DNA from: Fibrobacteria bacterium
GTDB taxonomy: Bacteria; Fibrobacterota; Fibrobacteria; UBA11236
DNA: 60,716 nt
NCBI GenBank assembly: GCA_043745805.1
Contig: JAYTSD010000039.1
Location: 1 to 60,716, forward strand
Direction of reading: 5' to 3'
Shown: positions 17,501-26,840 of the stretch, piece by piece
Layout: each line of letters starts with the position of its first letter
Position numbering within the stretch: position 1 is the first letter of the stretch
The notes under the pieces: model-generated
What the model was told of the DNA's origin: nothing
The model's database searches: none
What the model saw: the letters and a program-made list of their open reading frames with translations, nothing else
Translations under genes and position numbers: made by a program

Positions 17501-18571
17501 TTAATTTATTAATAGCATTTTTGTGAGTTGTGGTTTTCCATTAAATTCTAGTTTTGAAAAATATCGTCCTTTTGCTAATACTCGGGTGTTGAATGGGATT
17601 CGATAATGTTCTCCAGCTTCCGTTTGACCATTGAATAGAGTTGCTACCTCTTGTCCACGTGTATCCAATAATCTCAAGGTTGTTCTACCATTGGTTGGAA
17701 CCATGAATTCAACGCTCATGGTAGGATTTTGTGGATCGGAGTATTTTTGAAAAATCGAAAATTTTTGTTCAGCACGGCCATTTGATATAAAAGTAGCTAA
17801 AGATGGTTTGGTTACGGTGCTTGAGGCTAGGGTAACCGCAGCGATACTAGCCAATGCCCGGCCATTCAAAGTAGCACCGGTATTTAAAGTGATGGATTGG
17901 TCGGCCATAATTGTCCCCTTAAATACGGAAGTGGTTCCCAAAACAGCAGACGTACCAATTTGCCAAAATATATTTGCCGCCTGCGCTCCCCCAGCAAGAA
18001 TGACATGTATTCCATTACCAACTACGAGATCGGAGGCCACTTGAAAAATCCACACATCATTTGCATTACCCTGAAGCGTAACATCGGAACCGGTTATGGC
18101 GAGTGTGCTGGTAAATTTATATAAGCCTGGAATCAGAGTTAACCCGCCTATGTTTCCCGATCCAGGGTTTAAAAAAGTGCCAGTGGGAATTGGCACTCTA
18201 CCGGCGGCATCATTATAGGCTAGAGTTAAATCGCTTTTGGCTGTTGTGAGCTGTGTTGCGGAAGCAATGGAACCAGCTGGCCCAGTAGCATCAACAGTGA
18301 ATATGGATCCAGTAACTTCGGAGGCACCAAACCCAGTTATCATACTTCCCGCGGCAGGGCTTAATCCAATATCACCCGTAATTGCAGAAGCCGGGATATC
18401 AGAAACCGTCGATCCAGCTAGAATGGCAAAATTAGCGGTAGAGCGCAAATTGACGGGGGTCAGAGGTTGCGATAAGGCAGCGATAGGTAACATTAATGTC
18501 ACAGTCGGGATACTCAAAAGATTTATCCAGCGAGCCCTTTTTTTTGTGAAAAGCATATTGTGTATATTCAT
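17501..18571 (-). CDS. Ice-binding family protein (DUF3494) with T9SS-like C-terminal sorting domain
   Basis: ITGDIGLSPA, LTLIPGLYK, WIFQ, GAQAANIFWQ and LNGRALA; C-terminal domain GQEVATLFNG...AGEH...GRYF. Confidence 0.92.
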   Translation of the reverse strand: MNIHNMLFTKKRARWINLLSIPTVTLMLPIAALSQPLTPVNLRSTANFAILAGSTVSDIPASAITGDIGLSPAAGSMITGFGASEVTGSIFTVDATGPAGSIASATQLTTAKSDLTLAYNDAAGRVPIPTGTFLNPGSGNIGGLTLIPGLYKFTSTLAITGSDVTLQGNANDVWIFQVASDLVVGNGIHVILAGGAQAANIFWQIGTSAVLGTTSVFKGTIMADQSITLNTGATLNGRALASIAAVTLASSTVTKPSLATFISNGRAEQKFSIFQKYSDPQNPTMSVEFMVPTNGRTTLRLLDTRGQEVATLFNGQTEAGEHYRIPFNTRVLAKGRYFSKLEFNGKPQLTKMLLIN

Positions 18572-18623
18572 AAATTCTTCCTTTGGTTTATAAAATAAAG
18601 TTTAACTGATTAAAGATTTTTTT

Positions 18624-19454
18624 TTAAGGTGCTGGCTTAACTACTGTATTACCCGCTAAAGTAACTGCTCCAATACGAGCTAATAATCGTCCTTCGACTG
18701 TGGCTCCAGTATTTAATGCAATAGATTGGTCTGCTAGAATATTACCTTTGAAAACAGAAGTCGTTCCCAAGGTGGCCGAAGTACCAACTTGCCAAAAAAT
18801 ATTGGCTGCTTTCGCGCCACCGCTCAAAATAATTTGCCGACCAGAAGTCGTGATTAGTGTCGAAGCAATTTGCACAATAAAAATCGCTTGCGCATTTCCT
18901 TTGGCATCAAAGGTGAGATCTCCTGAGGAAATTTCTAGCGCCCCACTCGATTTATAGAGACCAGGTGTTAATGTTAATCCGCCGATATTACCTGATAAAG
19001 AAACAATATCAGTAGATGTACGTCCGGCTGCATCATTGTAGGCAGTAGTTAAATCACCTTTCGCTGCAGTTAATAGTGCAGGTACACCTGCAGGAGAAAT
19101 ATCATCGGCTGCATAGAGAGTACCAGTTACTTCGGTTAAACCAAAGCCAGTGATAAAAGAGCGAGAGGCAGGACTCAATCCAATATCGCCCGTAATAGCG
19201 GAAGCGGGAATATTTGATATTAAAGAACCTGCTAAAATCACAAAACCCGCATCAGATCGTAAATCAATTGCCGTTTGCATGGTAGTTTGTGCAGGGATAA
19301 TTATTTGCGCTGGCTCTGTTGTAGAATTACAGCTTATCAACAAGAAGAAAAACGGTAACACCGCAGTTAATCCTGTTTTATGAGAAATCTGCAAAGTACC
19401 CAGTCGTTTAGTAGTATTTTTTGAATTAAAGATAAATTTTTGCATAAAATCCAT
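18624..19454 (-). CDS. Ice-binding family lipoprotein (DUF3494)
   Basis: Lipobox LISC; same DUF3494 motifs (AYNDAAGR, TPGLYK, AANIFWQVG, GRLLA). Confidence 0.92.
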   Translation of the reverse strand: MDFMQKFIFNSKNTTKRLGTLQISHKTGLTAVLPFFFLLISCNSTTEPAQIIIPAQTTMQTAIDLRSDAGFVILAGSLISNIPASAITGDIGLSPASRSFITGFGLTEVTGTLYAADDISPAGVPALLTAAKGDLTTAYNDAAGRTSTDIVSLSGNIGGLTLTPGLYKSSGALEISSGDLTFDAKGNAQAIFIVQIASTLITTSGRQIILSGGAKAANIFWQVGTSATLGTTSVFKGNILADQSIALNTGATVEGRLLARIGAVTLAGNTVVKPAP

Positions 19455-19507
19455 TCGGTTAGTTATTAATGAATATATCGATGTATGGGCTTAGATTGAA
19501 TAGCCCA

Positions 19508-19536
19508 AAAGGATGAAAAAAGAATTAATCCTTTTC
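19508..19536. promoter_or_regulatory. Shared 29-nt palindromic element, copy A (upstream of ice-binding operon)
   Basis: AAAGGATGAAAAAAGAATTAATCCTTTTC; 26/29 identical to 30174-30202. Confidence 0.55.
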
Positions 19537-20043
19537 TCCTGAAATGTATTTAATCACTTATACATATTTTACCATCGAATTACTGAGGGAAAATGTCCCT
19601 ATTAAGCATTAATGTTACTATAGGTTACTGGTATTAAAAATCCTAGGATTTAAATTATTTTCGCATTTATAATTATTGGCATTGAGCGTTTACCACAAAT
19701 CTGGTTATTGTCAATTTGGCTAAACTATGTAAATATTTTTTGAGGTGTGCCCTTGTTTTTGTGGGCAAGCTTAAATGAATATTGTTGAACTATTGTTTAT
19801 GGTTACAATATTTTGTTTTTAGGGCGTTTAATAAAAAAATGTATTGATTAAGCAAAACTATTTTCCCACTTAAGAAAATTATTTTTTTTGCGGTGCCATA
19901 AAGAATTGCCCGATCAAATTCAAATCAAAAGTGAATTTGCTTTCATCAGTCATAATATCTTTGTGCAAGATGAAGTACTAGTTGTGGAAGCGAATATTAA
20001 AAATACGGAAGATTTGCAGCTACTTAAAAATTAAGGCGTTTAT

Positions 20044-20712
20044 TTAAAGCGACATTTCGAAACGGGAATGATTAGCGATTTGTAGTCGACTATGTAACGA
20101 TAATTTTTCCATAATATTGTGAACATGACTTTTCACGGTAAAGGTGGCTATATTAAGATTAGTGGCAATTTCTTTATTGCTCATTCCATCCGTAATGAGC
20201 GATATGACTTCCTTTTCTCTTGACGTCATACGAATAGCTATCTTTAAATTGCGTGCTCCTTTTAAAATGGCATGCTTGACTACTTGAGCAAAAAGTAATC
20301 CTGTCATAGCGGAAGGAAATACGGCTTCACCCTTAGCTACAGCATAAATTGTTTTCATCATATCTTCTGGAGTCGCATTCTTAAGGATGAATCCATCTAC
20401 CCCAGCTTGCACTAATTCTAAAATATCAATTTGCCCTTCCATCAAACCCATTACTATAATTTTTATATTAGGAAAGGTTTTCCTTAATTGTTGGGCTGCT
20501 TCAAATGTGCTTTGACCTGCAATGGCACAATCCATAAGTACCATACTTGGAACGTCCAGGCGCATTTTTACGATTGAATCTTCGGTAATATTTGGTGATG
20601 AGGATACGGCAATGTCTCTTTCCTTAATATCTTTTTTCTCATTAATCATTGTTGTGATGCCATCACGCAAAATGCGACTATCTTCCACAAGTAATATTCG
20701 AATAGTATTCAT
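20044..20712 (-). CDS. NarL/LuxR family response regulator
   Basis: Receiver domain (VED, LMD, GFILK) plus HTH (REKEV, NKEIA, TVKSHV). Confidence 0.93.
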   Translation of the reverse strand: MNTIRILLVEDSRILRDGITTMINEKKDIKERDIAVSSSPNITEDSIVKMRLDVPSMVLMDCAIAGQSTFEAAQQLRKTFPNIKIIVMGLMEGQIDILELVQAGVDGFILKNATPEDMMKTIYAVAKGEAVFPSAMTGLLFAQVVKHAILKGARNLKIAIRMTSREKEVISLITDGMSNKEIATNLNIATFTVKSHVHNIMEKLSLHSRLQIANHSRFEMSL

Positions 20713-20714
20713 TA

Positions 20715-21308
20715 TTACTCAACTTTCCTGTGTAACTTTTTAGTTACAGCATCCATATAAGTTTTAAAAATAAATTCGTGGCAGTCTACCAACTTTTCTC
20801 GATCTTTTGGACTTAAGCCGTCGCAAACGAGAATGAAATATTTATGAATTTTTTGATGCACTTCTTGTACTAATTTTTGGCCTTGTGCTGTCATGGTAAC
20901 ATGCACTACTCGATCGTCATCTGCTTTTCGGGCACGATTGATATAACCTTGTGTGACCAACTTCTTAGCCGTTTCCGTGAGGCTAGCTTGGGTTATCCCC
21001 AAGGCTCGTGCAATTTCCGACATACGCTTAGGCCCATCTGCAACACCTAAGATATTCAAAACCTTGAGCTGAGATTGCGTCAAATTTTTATGAATTAACT
21101 CTTCAGCATGGGTGATTTGCATTAAAGCATTCATCATTCTTGGAAAAATCTCGGCAAGCCGCTTGGCATCGGACTGAGACCAAGCTTTGGCATCAACGCC
21201 TCGTTCGGGTTGCAAGGATTGGGACCATGAGCTAGCATCAATGGCTTTCACGGTTTTTTTTTCTGCCCTTACGGGGTTTTTTGCTGTCAAAACCAATTGA
21301 ACCTCCAA
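20715..21308 (-). CDS. MarR family transcriptional regulator
   Basis: LTQSQLKVL, SEIARALG and DDRVV winged-helix pattern. Confidence 0.88.
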   Translation of the reverse strand: MEVQLVLTAKNPVRAEKKTVKAIDASSWSQSLQPERGVDAKAWSQSDAKRLAEIFPRMMNALMQITHAEELIHKNLTQSQLKVLNILGVADGPKRMSEIARALGITQASLTETAKKLVTQGYINRARKADDDRVVHVTMTAQGQKLVQEVHQKIHKYFILVCDGLSPKDREKLVDCHEFIFKTYMDAVTKKLHRKVE

Positions 21309-21927
21309 ATTTTCCCCGCTGCTTAAACACCAGGAGAAATAGTTTATGTATCATAATATATCCATAAACTTATATTTAGTCTACCTAAATATTAAATATT
21401 AATAAAATAAGGTTATTTTAAAATAAGGGTGCATTTCAATTTGGAAACAAAACATTTTGTTTTAAGTAGAATTTTTTAAATAAACCTTGTTTTTAAGTTA
21501 ATTATGAGCATTTTGTTTTTTTATGACTTCGCCACCTCTCTGGTTATTTTTAAATTTGGGCCTTGTGTTTCAAAATTTCTGCTCGTTCTCACACCTAAAG
21601 GACTTTTTAGCGGGGCACTCATCCCATTTTATCGAGTCAATATGAAATCCGAATTTACAATTAATTTATATGATACATTTATGACATTAATTAACATGTA
21701 GTAATTTACATGTTACCCGTAACTTGTATAATACACTCATGATGAAAGTATTACGAACGCGCGCTAGTTTAAAAAAAATGCAAGTTTGCTTAAAACAAAA
21801 GTAAAGTTTCGATTGCCCCTGTTTTGGCAACTTTGTGGCAAGTCTATGTTTATGAATTTCTAAAAGATTAAATAATTTCCCTTTCAAATTTTCAATAATA
21901 TATCTTATTCCATAGCAAAGGAGGCTT

Positions 21928-22116
21928 ATGCCTATTATAACTATTATTCTAACTATTGTTCTCGTGGGTGTGGTGCTCTGGACCATAAACACTTATATAC
22001 CTATGGCCAAACCCGTAAAAACCATATTGAATGTGGTAGTGATTATTGTCTTATGTATTTGGCTATTACAGACTTTCGGACTTGTAGGAAGTCTACGTAG
22101 CGTGGGTATAAAATAA
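21928..22116 (+). CDS. Thivi_2564-like small membrane protein
   Basis: INTYIPM...KTILNVVV pattern; AGGAGG RBS. Confidence 0.8.
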   Translation: MPIITIILTIVLVGVVLWTINTYIPMAKPVKTILNVVVIIVLCIWLLQTFGLVGSLRSVGIK

Positions 22117-22125
22117 ATTATTACC

Positions 22126-22155
22126 ACATGACCGGAATTATTACTCGGTCATGTG
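22126..22155. terminator. Hairpin terminator between convergent genes
   Basis: CACATGACCG...CGGTCATGTG inverted repeat. Confidence 0.6.
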
Positions 22156-22169
22156 ATACTTAATAGCAA

Positions 22170-22370
22170 CTAAATAAACTCAGAGTCAATTTTGGAAATG
22201 TAATTTCCGATTTCCTCGCGACTCTCACCCGTGGCTTTATAAATACGCCCAATTACTTCGTCTAATTTTCCTTCGGCATATTCTAAATCATTATCGCTTA
22301 TTTGCCCCCAACGCTGTTTTAATTTCCCTTTTATGATATTCCAATCGCCTTTGACAGTTAGTGTATTCAT
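22170..22370 (-). CDS. csbD: CsbD family general stress protein
   Basis: KGDWNIIKGKLKQRWG...DNDL...EG motif. Confidence 0.9.
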   Translation of the reverse strand: MNTLTVKGDWNIIKGKLKQRWGQISDNDLEYAEGKLDEVIGRIYKATGESREEIGNYISKIDSEFI

Positions 22371-22556
22371 AGTAATCCTTTGTTTTACAGGTTTTCATGG
22401 AATAGCCAAGATACTGGGTATATATATTAGGATTATTAAAAACGCAATGTTATTTTAACGTTAAAAAAGAAATTCATTGTTTATGCCTCAATTAATAACG
22501 TATTTAAATGTATCAAAGAAGTTCTGGCGTTAATTGGAGCCATTAAAAGGAAAATA

Positions 22557-22787
22557 ATGCGGACAAAAAATAAACTAGGAATATGCTTAAGTTCACTTGG
22601 CGCAGCGGCCTTGATTTTACGAAATATGGCATTTATCCGTCGTAATAAGCCAGTAGAAATAGGTCGCGTACAAATGACTAAAGGAGAAAAGACTTTAATT
22701 CCTCTTCAACCCGTAATTGGAATTATTTCGCTCGTTTGCGGGGTTTTATTATTAGGAATGTTTAATTTCCGAAATGAGGAAAAATGA
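22557..22787 (+). CDS. Small membrane protein (DUF3185-like)
   Basis: Two hydrophobic segments around VEIGRVQ..EKTLIPL. Confidence 0.55.
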   Translation: MRTKNKLGICLSSLGAAALILRNMAFIRRNKPVEIGRVQMTKGEKTLIPLQPVIGIISLVCGVLLLGMFNFRNEEK

Positions 22788-23248
22788 AATTAAGAATAAA
22801 AGCAAAATTAATTTGCATGATAACTTTGAGTATAGCTACGGGCATGACTTGGAGCATGGAAAGTAACATTGGAATGGGATTTGTTTTAGGAAATCCTTCC
22901 GGATTATCCGTAAAAATTTCTCCCAGTGAAATGAATTCGTTTAATCTGGTGATAGGATATGATTTATATCGTCGTGACGAAAGTGTTTATTTAAGTGGAG
23001 ACTATGTTTGGTACAATTACAATGTAATTAGTGTGAGCAAAGGCAAAATGCCTATTTATTATGGCCCCGGCATACGCACCGCTTTATCACAAAATTCAAG
23101 CCTGGGAGTGCGTGGAGTATTAGGTGTGGAATATCAATTTGCAGATGCGCCTTTCGATGCGTTCTTGGAAGTAGGGCCTGGAATAAATATAGTACCGAAT
23201 ACACACCCTGATGTTTCAGTTGGATTGGGTGCACGATACTTCTTTTAA
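22784..23248 (+). CDS. Small outer-membrane beta-barrel (DUF3996-like)
   Basis: GFVLGNPSGLSVK, PFDAFLEV and terminal GARYFF. Confidence 0.75.
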   Translation: MKLRIKAKLICMITLSIATGMTWSMESNIGMGFVLGNPSGLSVKISPSEMNSFNLVIGYDLYRRDESVYLSGDYVWYNYNVISVSKGKMPIYYGPGIRTALSQNSSLGVRGVLGVEYQFADAPFDAFLEVGPGINIVPNTHPDVSVGLGARYFF

Positions 23249-23298
23249 TTTTTAATTGGAAGCACAGGCATCATCTGGTTAATATTACCATCTACGCG

Positions 23299-24366
23299 AT
23301 GTTGAGAGTCATCGTGTTAGTTTTTCTTGTCGCTTGTGCCTCCACAAAATTACCCCTTCCTCAAAAGGAAGAGATGACGAAACCGCATTACCGGCTAATA
23401 TATCTTGTGCATGGAGATGCGAATTACCTGTACCATGATTCTTTGGGTAATCGCCATGAGGCTGATCAAGAAGCCATTAATCAAGCGACTGACATTGCTA
23501 TCCATTCCGAGCAAACCGAAGTTTTTATTTTCCATCAAAAAGCAAAACAATTTAATTGGTTTGCAAAAAATACTCATGGAGATTTTTTTCATTACTATAG
23601 CGGCAAATTATTACAACATGAACAGTATTCTCGCATGGGTGCAGGTGAAGATTATATTCCTGAAATAAATTTATTAAAACCTTTTAAAGATTCTACAACA
23701 ATAAATTTCCTTATTTATTTTGGACATGAAATTCCTCTGTTACCGCTTAAAGGGTATTCACAATCTTTTCCTGAAAGAGAGTTTAGTCTGTTAGATTTTA
23801 GTCGAAATCTAAAGCCGTTTTCCTTTTCCGATCCTAGGCAAACCAACCCTGCTAAACCTTTTGCCTTAATTGTTTTATCCTCCTGCTATAGCGGCACACC
23901 CCAAATGCTTTTACAATTACTGCCGTTAACTCAATATGTATTGGCCTCTCCAAGTAATTTGCATCTCAGCTATTTGGATACACATGCTTTTTTACAGTTG
24001 CCGAAAGAAAATAGTACCTTGCTAGATTCAATGTCCATCCATGAAATAGCTACCTCAATTGCCAAGCAATCTTTCGACTCTCTAAAAAAAAATGCTCAAA
24101 CCGAAATTACTTTGGCGCTTTATAATACCGAAAAAATTACTCCTTATTTGAGTAAAACTTGGAATACAAAATCATCCTCTATTACTTCACGAAATGCAGG
24201 GCAACCTTTTTTGCAAACACCTTCAAAATATCGAGATTGTAATTTTGATCCAGCTTTTGAATCTGTTTCCGCAACCGTCGGTACTCAAGTTTGGTTTCGA
24301 GCGCCATTATTTGGGACCAATAAAAATCGCATCGCGCATTCAGGTTGGGAGTGCGTCACACCTTAA
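23299..24366 (+). CDS. Hypothetical lipoprotein, possibly clan CD (caspase/clostripain-like) fold
   Basis: Lipobox LVAC; hydrophobic strand before GH (LIYFGH) and before SSC (LIVLSSCYSG). Confidence 0.5.
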   Translation: MLRVIVLVFLVACASTKLPLPQKEEMTKPHYRLIYLVHGDANYLYHDSLGNRHEADQEAINQATDIAIHSEQTEVFIFHQKAKQFNWFAKNTHGDFFHYYSGKLLQHEQYSRMGAGEDYIPEINLLKPFKDSTTINFLIYFGHEIPLLPLKGYSQSFPEREFSLLDFSRNLKPFSFSDPRQTNPAKPFALIVLSSCYSGTPQMLLQLLPLTQYVLASPSNLHLSYLDTHAFLQLPKENSTLLDSMSIHEIATSIAKQSFDSLKKNAQTEITLALYNTEKITPYLSKTWNTKSSSITSRNAGQPFLQTPSKYRDCNFDPAFESVSATVGTQVWFRAPLFGTNKNRIAHSGWECVTP

Positions 24367-24510
24367 TTTTATTGCATCCGCAAGAACTTAAGGGTGAGAG
24401 ATGACTTAATTTAATTGCCCTTTTGTGTTCGTCAAATAAACACAAACTTGACTTTTATCTATGAATAGCTTATTTCAAAAATATACAAGAGTAAAAATAA
24501 AAAGGAAAAT

Positions 24511-24999
24511 ATGAAAATGAATACTGGAATAAAAGATACGGACAGAAAAATCATGGCTGCGGGCCTGAACAAGTTTTTAGCACAAACTTATACTTTGTAT
24601 TTGAAAACACAAAAATTTCATTGGAATGTAACCGGACCCATGTTCCAAAGTTTACACATAATGTTTGAAGGCCAATACACTGAATTGGCTGCGGCGGTCG
24701 ATTTAATTGCGGAACGCGTTCGTGCCTTGGGTTTTCCGGCTACAGCCACCTTTGCTGAATTCTTAGAATTAAGCTCCATCAAAGAAGAAGTTGGCGTGCC
24801 AGCAGCGGAAGAAATGATCACCTTTCTAGTGCAAGGCCATGAAATATTAAGCTCTACTGCGCATGATCTTTTCAAAAAAGCGGATGAAGTCAATGACCAA
24901 ACTAGCGCGGATTTGTTCACGCAAAGAATGCAATTGCATGAAAAAACTGCTTGGATGTTAAGAAGCTTACTAGAACCTAGTCACGCTTCCCTCGCTTAA
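24511..24999 (+). CDS. dps: DNA starvation/stationary phase protection protein Dps
   Basis: HWNVTGPMFQSLH, DLIAERVRALG and HEKTAWML. Confidence 0.96.
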   Translation: MKMNTGIKDTDRKIMAAGLNKFLAQTYTLYLKTQKFHWNVTGPMFQSLHIMFEGQYTELAAAVDLIAERVRALGFPATATFAEFLELSSIKEEVGVPAAEEMITFLVQGHEILSSTAHDLFKKADEVNDQTSADLFTQRMQLHEKTAWMLRSLLEPSHASLA

Positions 25000-25011
25000 A
25001 AAAAATGCTGG

Positions 25012-25563
25012 CTAAATTTTAAATTTGGCCAGCAAGGGCAATTGGTCAGAAGCAAGTCGAGGCAATTGATATAGAACTTGTAAATGGGCAGAAATTTCTT
25101 CCACCTGAGTTTTTCCCGAAGCGGCGGATCGCGTAGGAAGGCATTCTTGTAAGGCAATGAGAGTAGGCATGTATTTCCCGACTGCATGCGCGATACACAA
25201 AGTGGAAAACTTTCCATCCATGCCCAAACATCGATGCACATTATAAGTCATAGCGGAAAAATTATTTTTCTCCACAGGATAAGGTGAAGGTGATGATGCA
25301 AAAAGATTTTTTTGCCTCTGTAAAATTTCCTCCCTTAAATTTAAGGCTTGCAAATAGGACAGGCTTCAATGCTTTAGAACATCGTGTGGGAGTAAAGCAA
25401 AGGCGTGCGTTTCTTCTGATCCTACTCCACCGTGTGATCCATTTTCATTAGCAAAAGTAATAGGCAAAACCAAGAATCGACCTTCCATGCCAATGCATAA
25501 ACCAAGAGGTTCGACTAAAAAGCGCCTCATTCTTCGCAAGGGAGCCTCGATATGATGAATCAT
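25012..25563 (-). pseudogene. Deleted remnant of an endonuclease/exonuclease/phosphatase (EEP) fusion gene
   Basis: Fragments read MIHHIEAPLRRMRRFL | FANENGSHGGVGSEETHAFALLP, then a stop, then MTYNVHRCLGMDGK..IALQE..ASDQLPL; the catalytic SDH is changed to SDQ and the middle is missing. Confidence 0.75.
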
Positions 25564-26840
25564 AAATGAGTTTCCGAAAAGTCAAATATGGCAGCTCCCG
25601 TTGCGTGAAAAAAGTTAGCCCATATTTTCCATTCGGCTTGAAGTCTTTGGGTAGTAGAAGCCCATGAACTTTCAATTATTGTCGGTGCAAAGGATTTTTC
25701 CCGTAAAATACTTGCATAAAGCAAAGTTAGATTTTCAATACAAACCGACATGGAAAATTTTTGAGCTGTTTTCAAGGAAGCAAAACGAAATTTTTCACGT
25801 TCCTCTAAAGAAAGATTTTCAAAATTCACTAAAGCCTGCACGAACTTTTCCAAATTATCTTCAATTAATAAAAAACCATTCACTTGATCAATAACAATAT
25901 CATTTACCCCGCTAGCCTGAAGTGCGATTACTGGGGTTCCTGCTGCCATGGATTCCGCTAAGACCATTCCTTGCGTTTCACTACGAGAAGCAAAAACAAA
26001 AATATTCATCGCTGCATAAGCATTGGCAAGATCCTCACCTTGCAAAATTCCTGCCCAATGTACCTGCAAAGTTACCTCTGCCAATTCGAATATTTTTTTT
26101 AACTCCACTTCTAAAGGTCCAACTCCCACCAATATAAAATGTCTTTCCGGAGCACCTTTTAAAAATTGAGCAATTACGGTTCCTAGAAAAAGCAGGTTTT
26201 TTTCTTCTGCCAATCGTCCAGTATGGCCTGCCACGAAGGCTTCTAAAGGAATGGAATGCTGCAATCTAAATATCGTTCCATCCGCTGAGGCAAAGTGATC
26301 CATTACAATTCCGGTTGGCAAAACCGTAATGGGTTGAGTAACTCCTCTATGACGTATTATTGACATTACAGCAGTACTCGGAGCAATTATATGCCAACAT
26401 TGATTGGCGTACCCTGAGGTTAATTCTATCACAAATGATTTTAACAACGCGGAGTCATCTGCTAAATAATGTGTATATTGCTCATACATTGTGTGATGAG
26501 TGAACAACAATGGGATATTCAAACTCGAAGCCATGCGCAATGCTGTATCCCCCAATAAAAAGGGATGATGGGAATGAATAAGATCAGGTTTAAATGTTTG
26601 TAAAGGTTCATCCAAAAATCCGGGATTGGGTAAATACACCGAAAAATCGCTACCGTTAAAACGTTCCATCGCAGGTACCCGTATCACATCCGTTTCCTCT
26701 TCTGGTAAATCTGGGAAGCTAGGAGCAATAATTAAAACTTGATGGCCATCCTTCCGTAAGGCCTGAGAAATACTTTCAATGGATCGCGCAACACCTCCTA
26801 CATGTGGTAAATAGGTATTGGTAAACATGGCAATGCGCAT
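25560..26840 (-). CDS. Glycosyltransferase family 4
   Basis: MFTNTYLPHVGGV, HSHHPFLLG and SETQGMVLAESMAAGTPV. Confidence 0.93.
   Translation of the reverse strand: MRIAMFTNTYLPHVGGVARSIESISQALRKDGHQVLIIAPSFPDLPEEETDVIRVPAMERFNGSDFSVYLPNPGFLDEPLQTFKPDLIHSHHPFLLGDTALRMASSLNIPLLFTHHTMYEQYTHYLADDSALLKSFVIELTSGYANQCWHIIAPSTAVMSIIRHRGVTQPITVLPTGIVMDHFASADGTIFRLQHSIPLEAFVAGHTGRLAEEKNLLFLGTVIAQFLKGAPERHFILVGVGPLEVELKKIFELAEVTLQVHWAGILQGEDLANAYAAMNIFVFASRSETQGMVLAESMAAGTPVIALQASGVNDIVIDQVNGFLLIEDNLEKFVQALVNFENLSLEEREKFRFASLKTAQKFSMSVCIENLTLLYASILREKSFAPTIIESSWASTTQRLQAEWKIWANFFHATGAAIFDFSETHL

Noticed and set aside
17808-19383. Similar antisense ORFs over the two ice-binding genes
   Set aside because: Shadow frames caused by paralogy and codon bias of the real minus-strand genes.
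19906-20034. Short plus-strand open frame (LPDQIQIKSEF...)
   Set aside because: No RBS or recognisable family; may be a gene fragment or chance.
21504-21992. ORFs 21504-21701 and 21687-21992
   Set aside because: AT-rich promoter region; one overlaps the real Thivi_2564-like gene antisense; composition is not protein-like.
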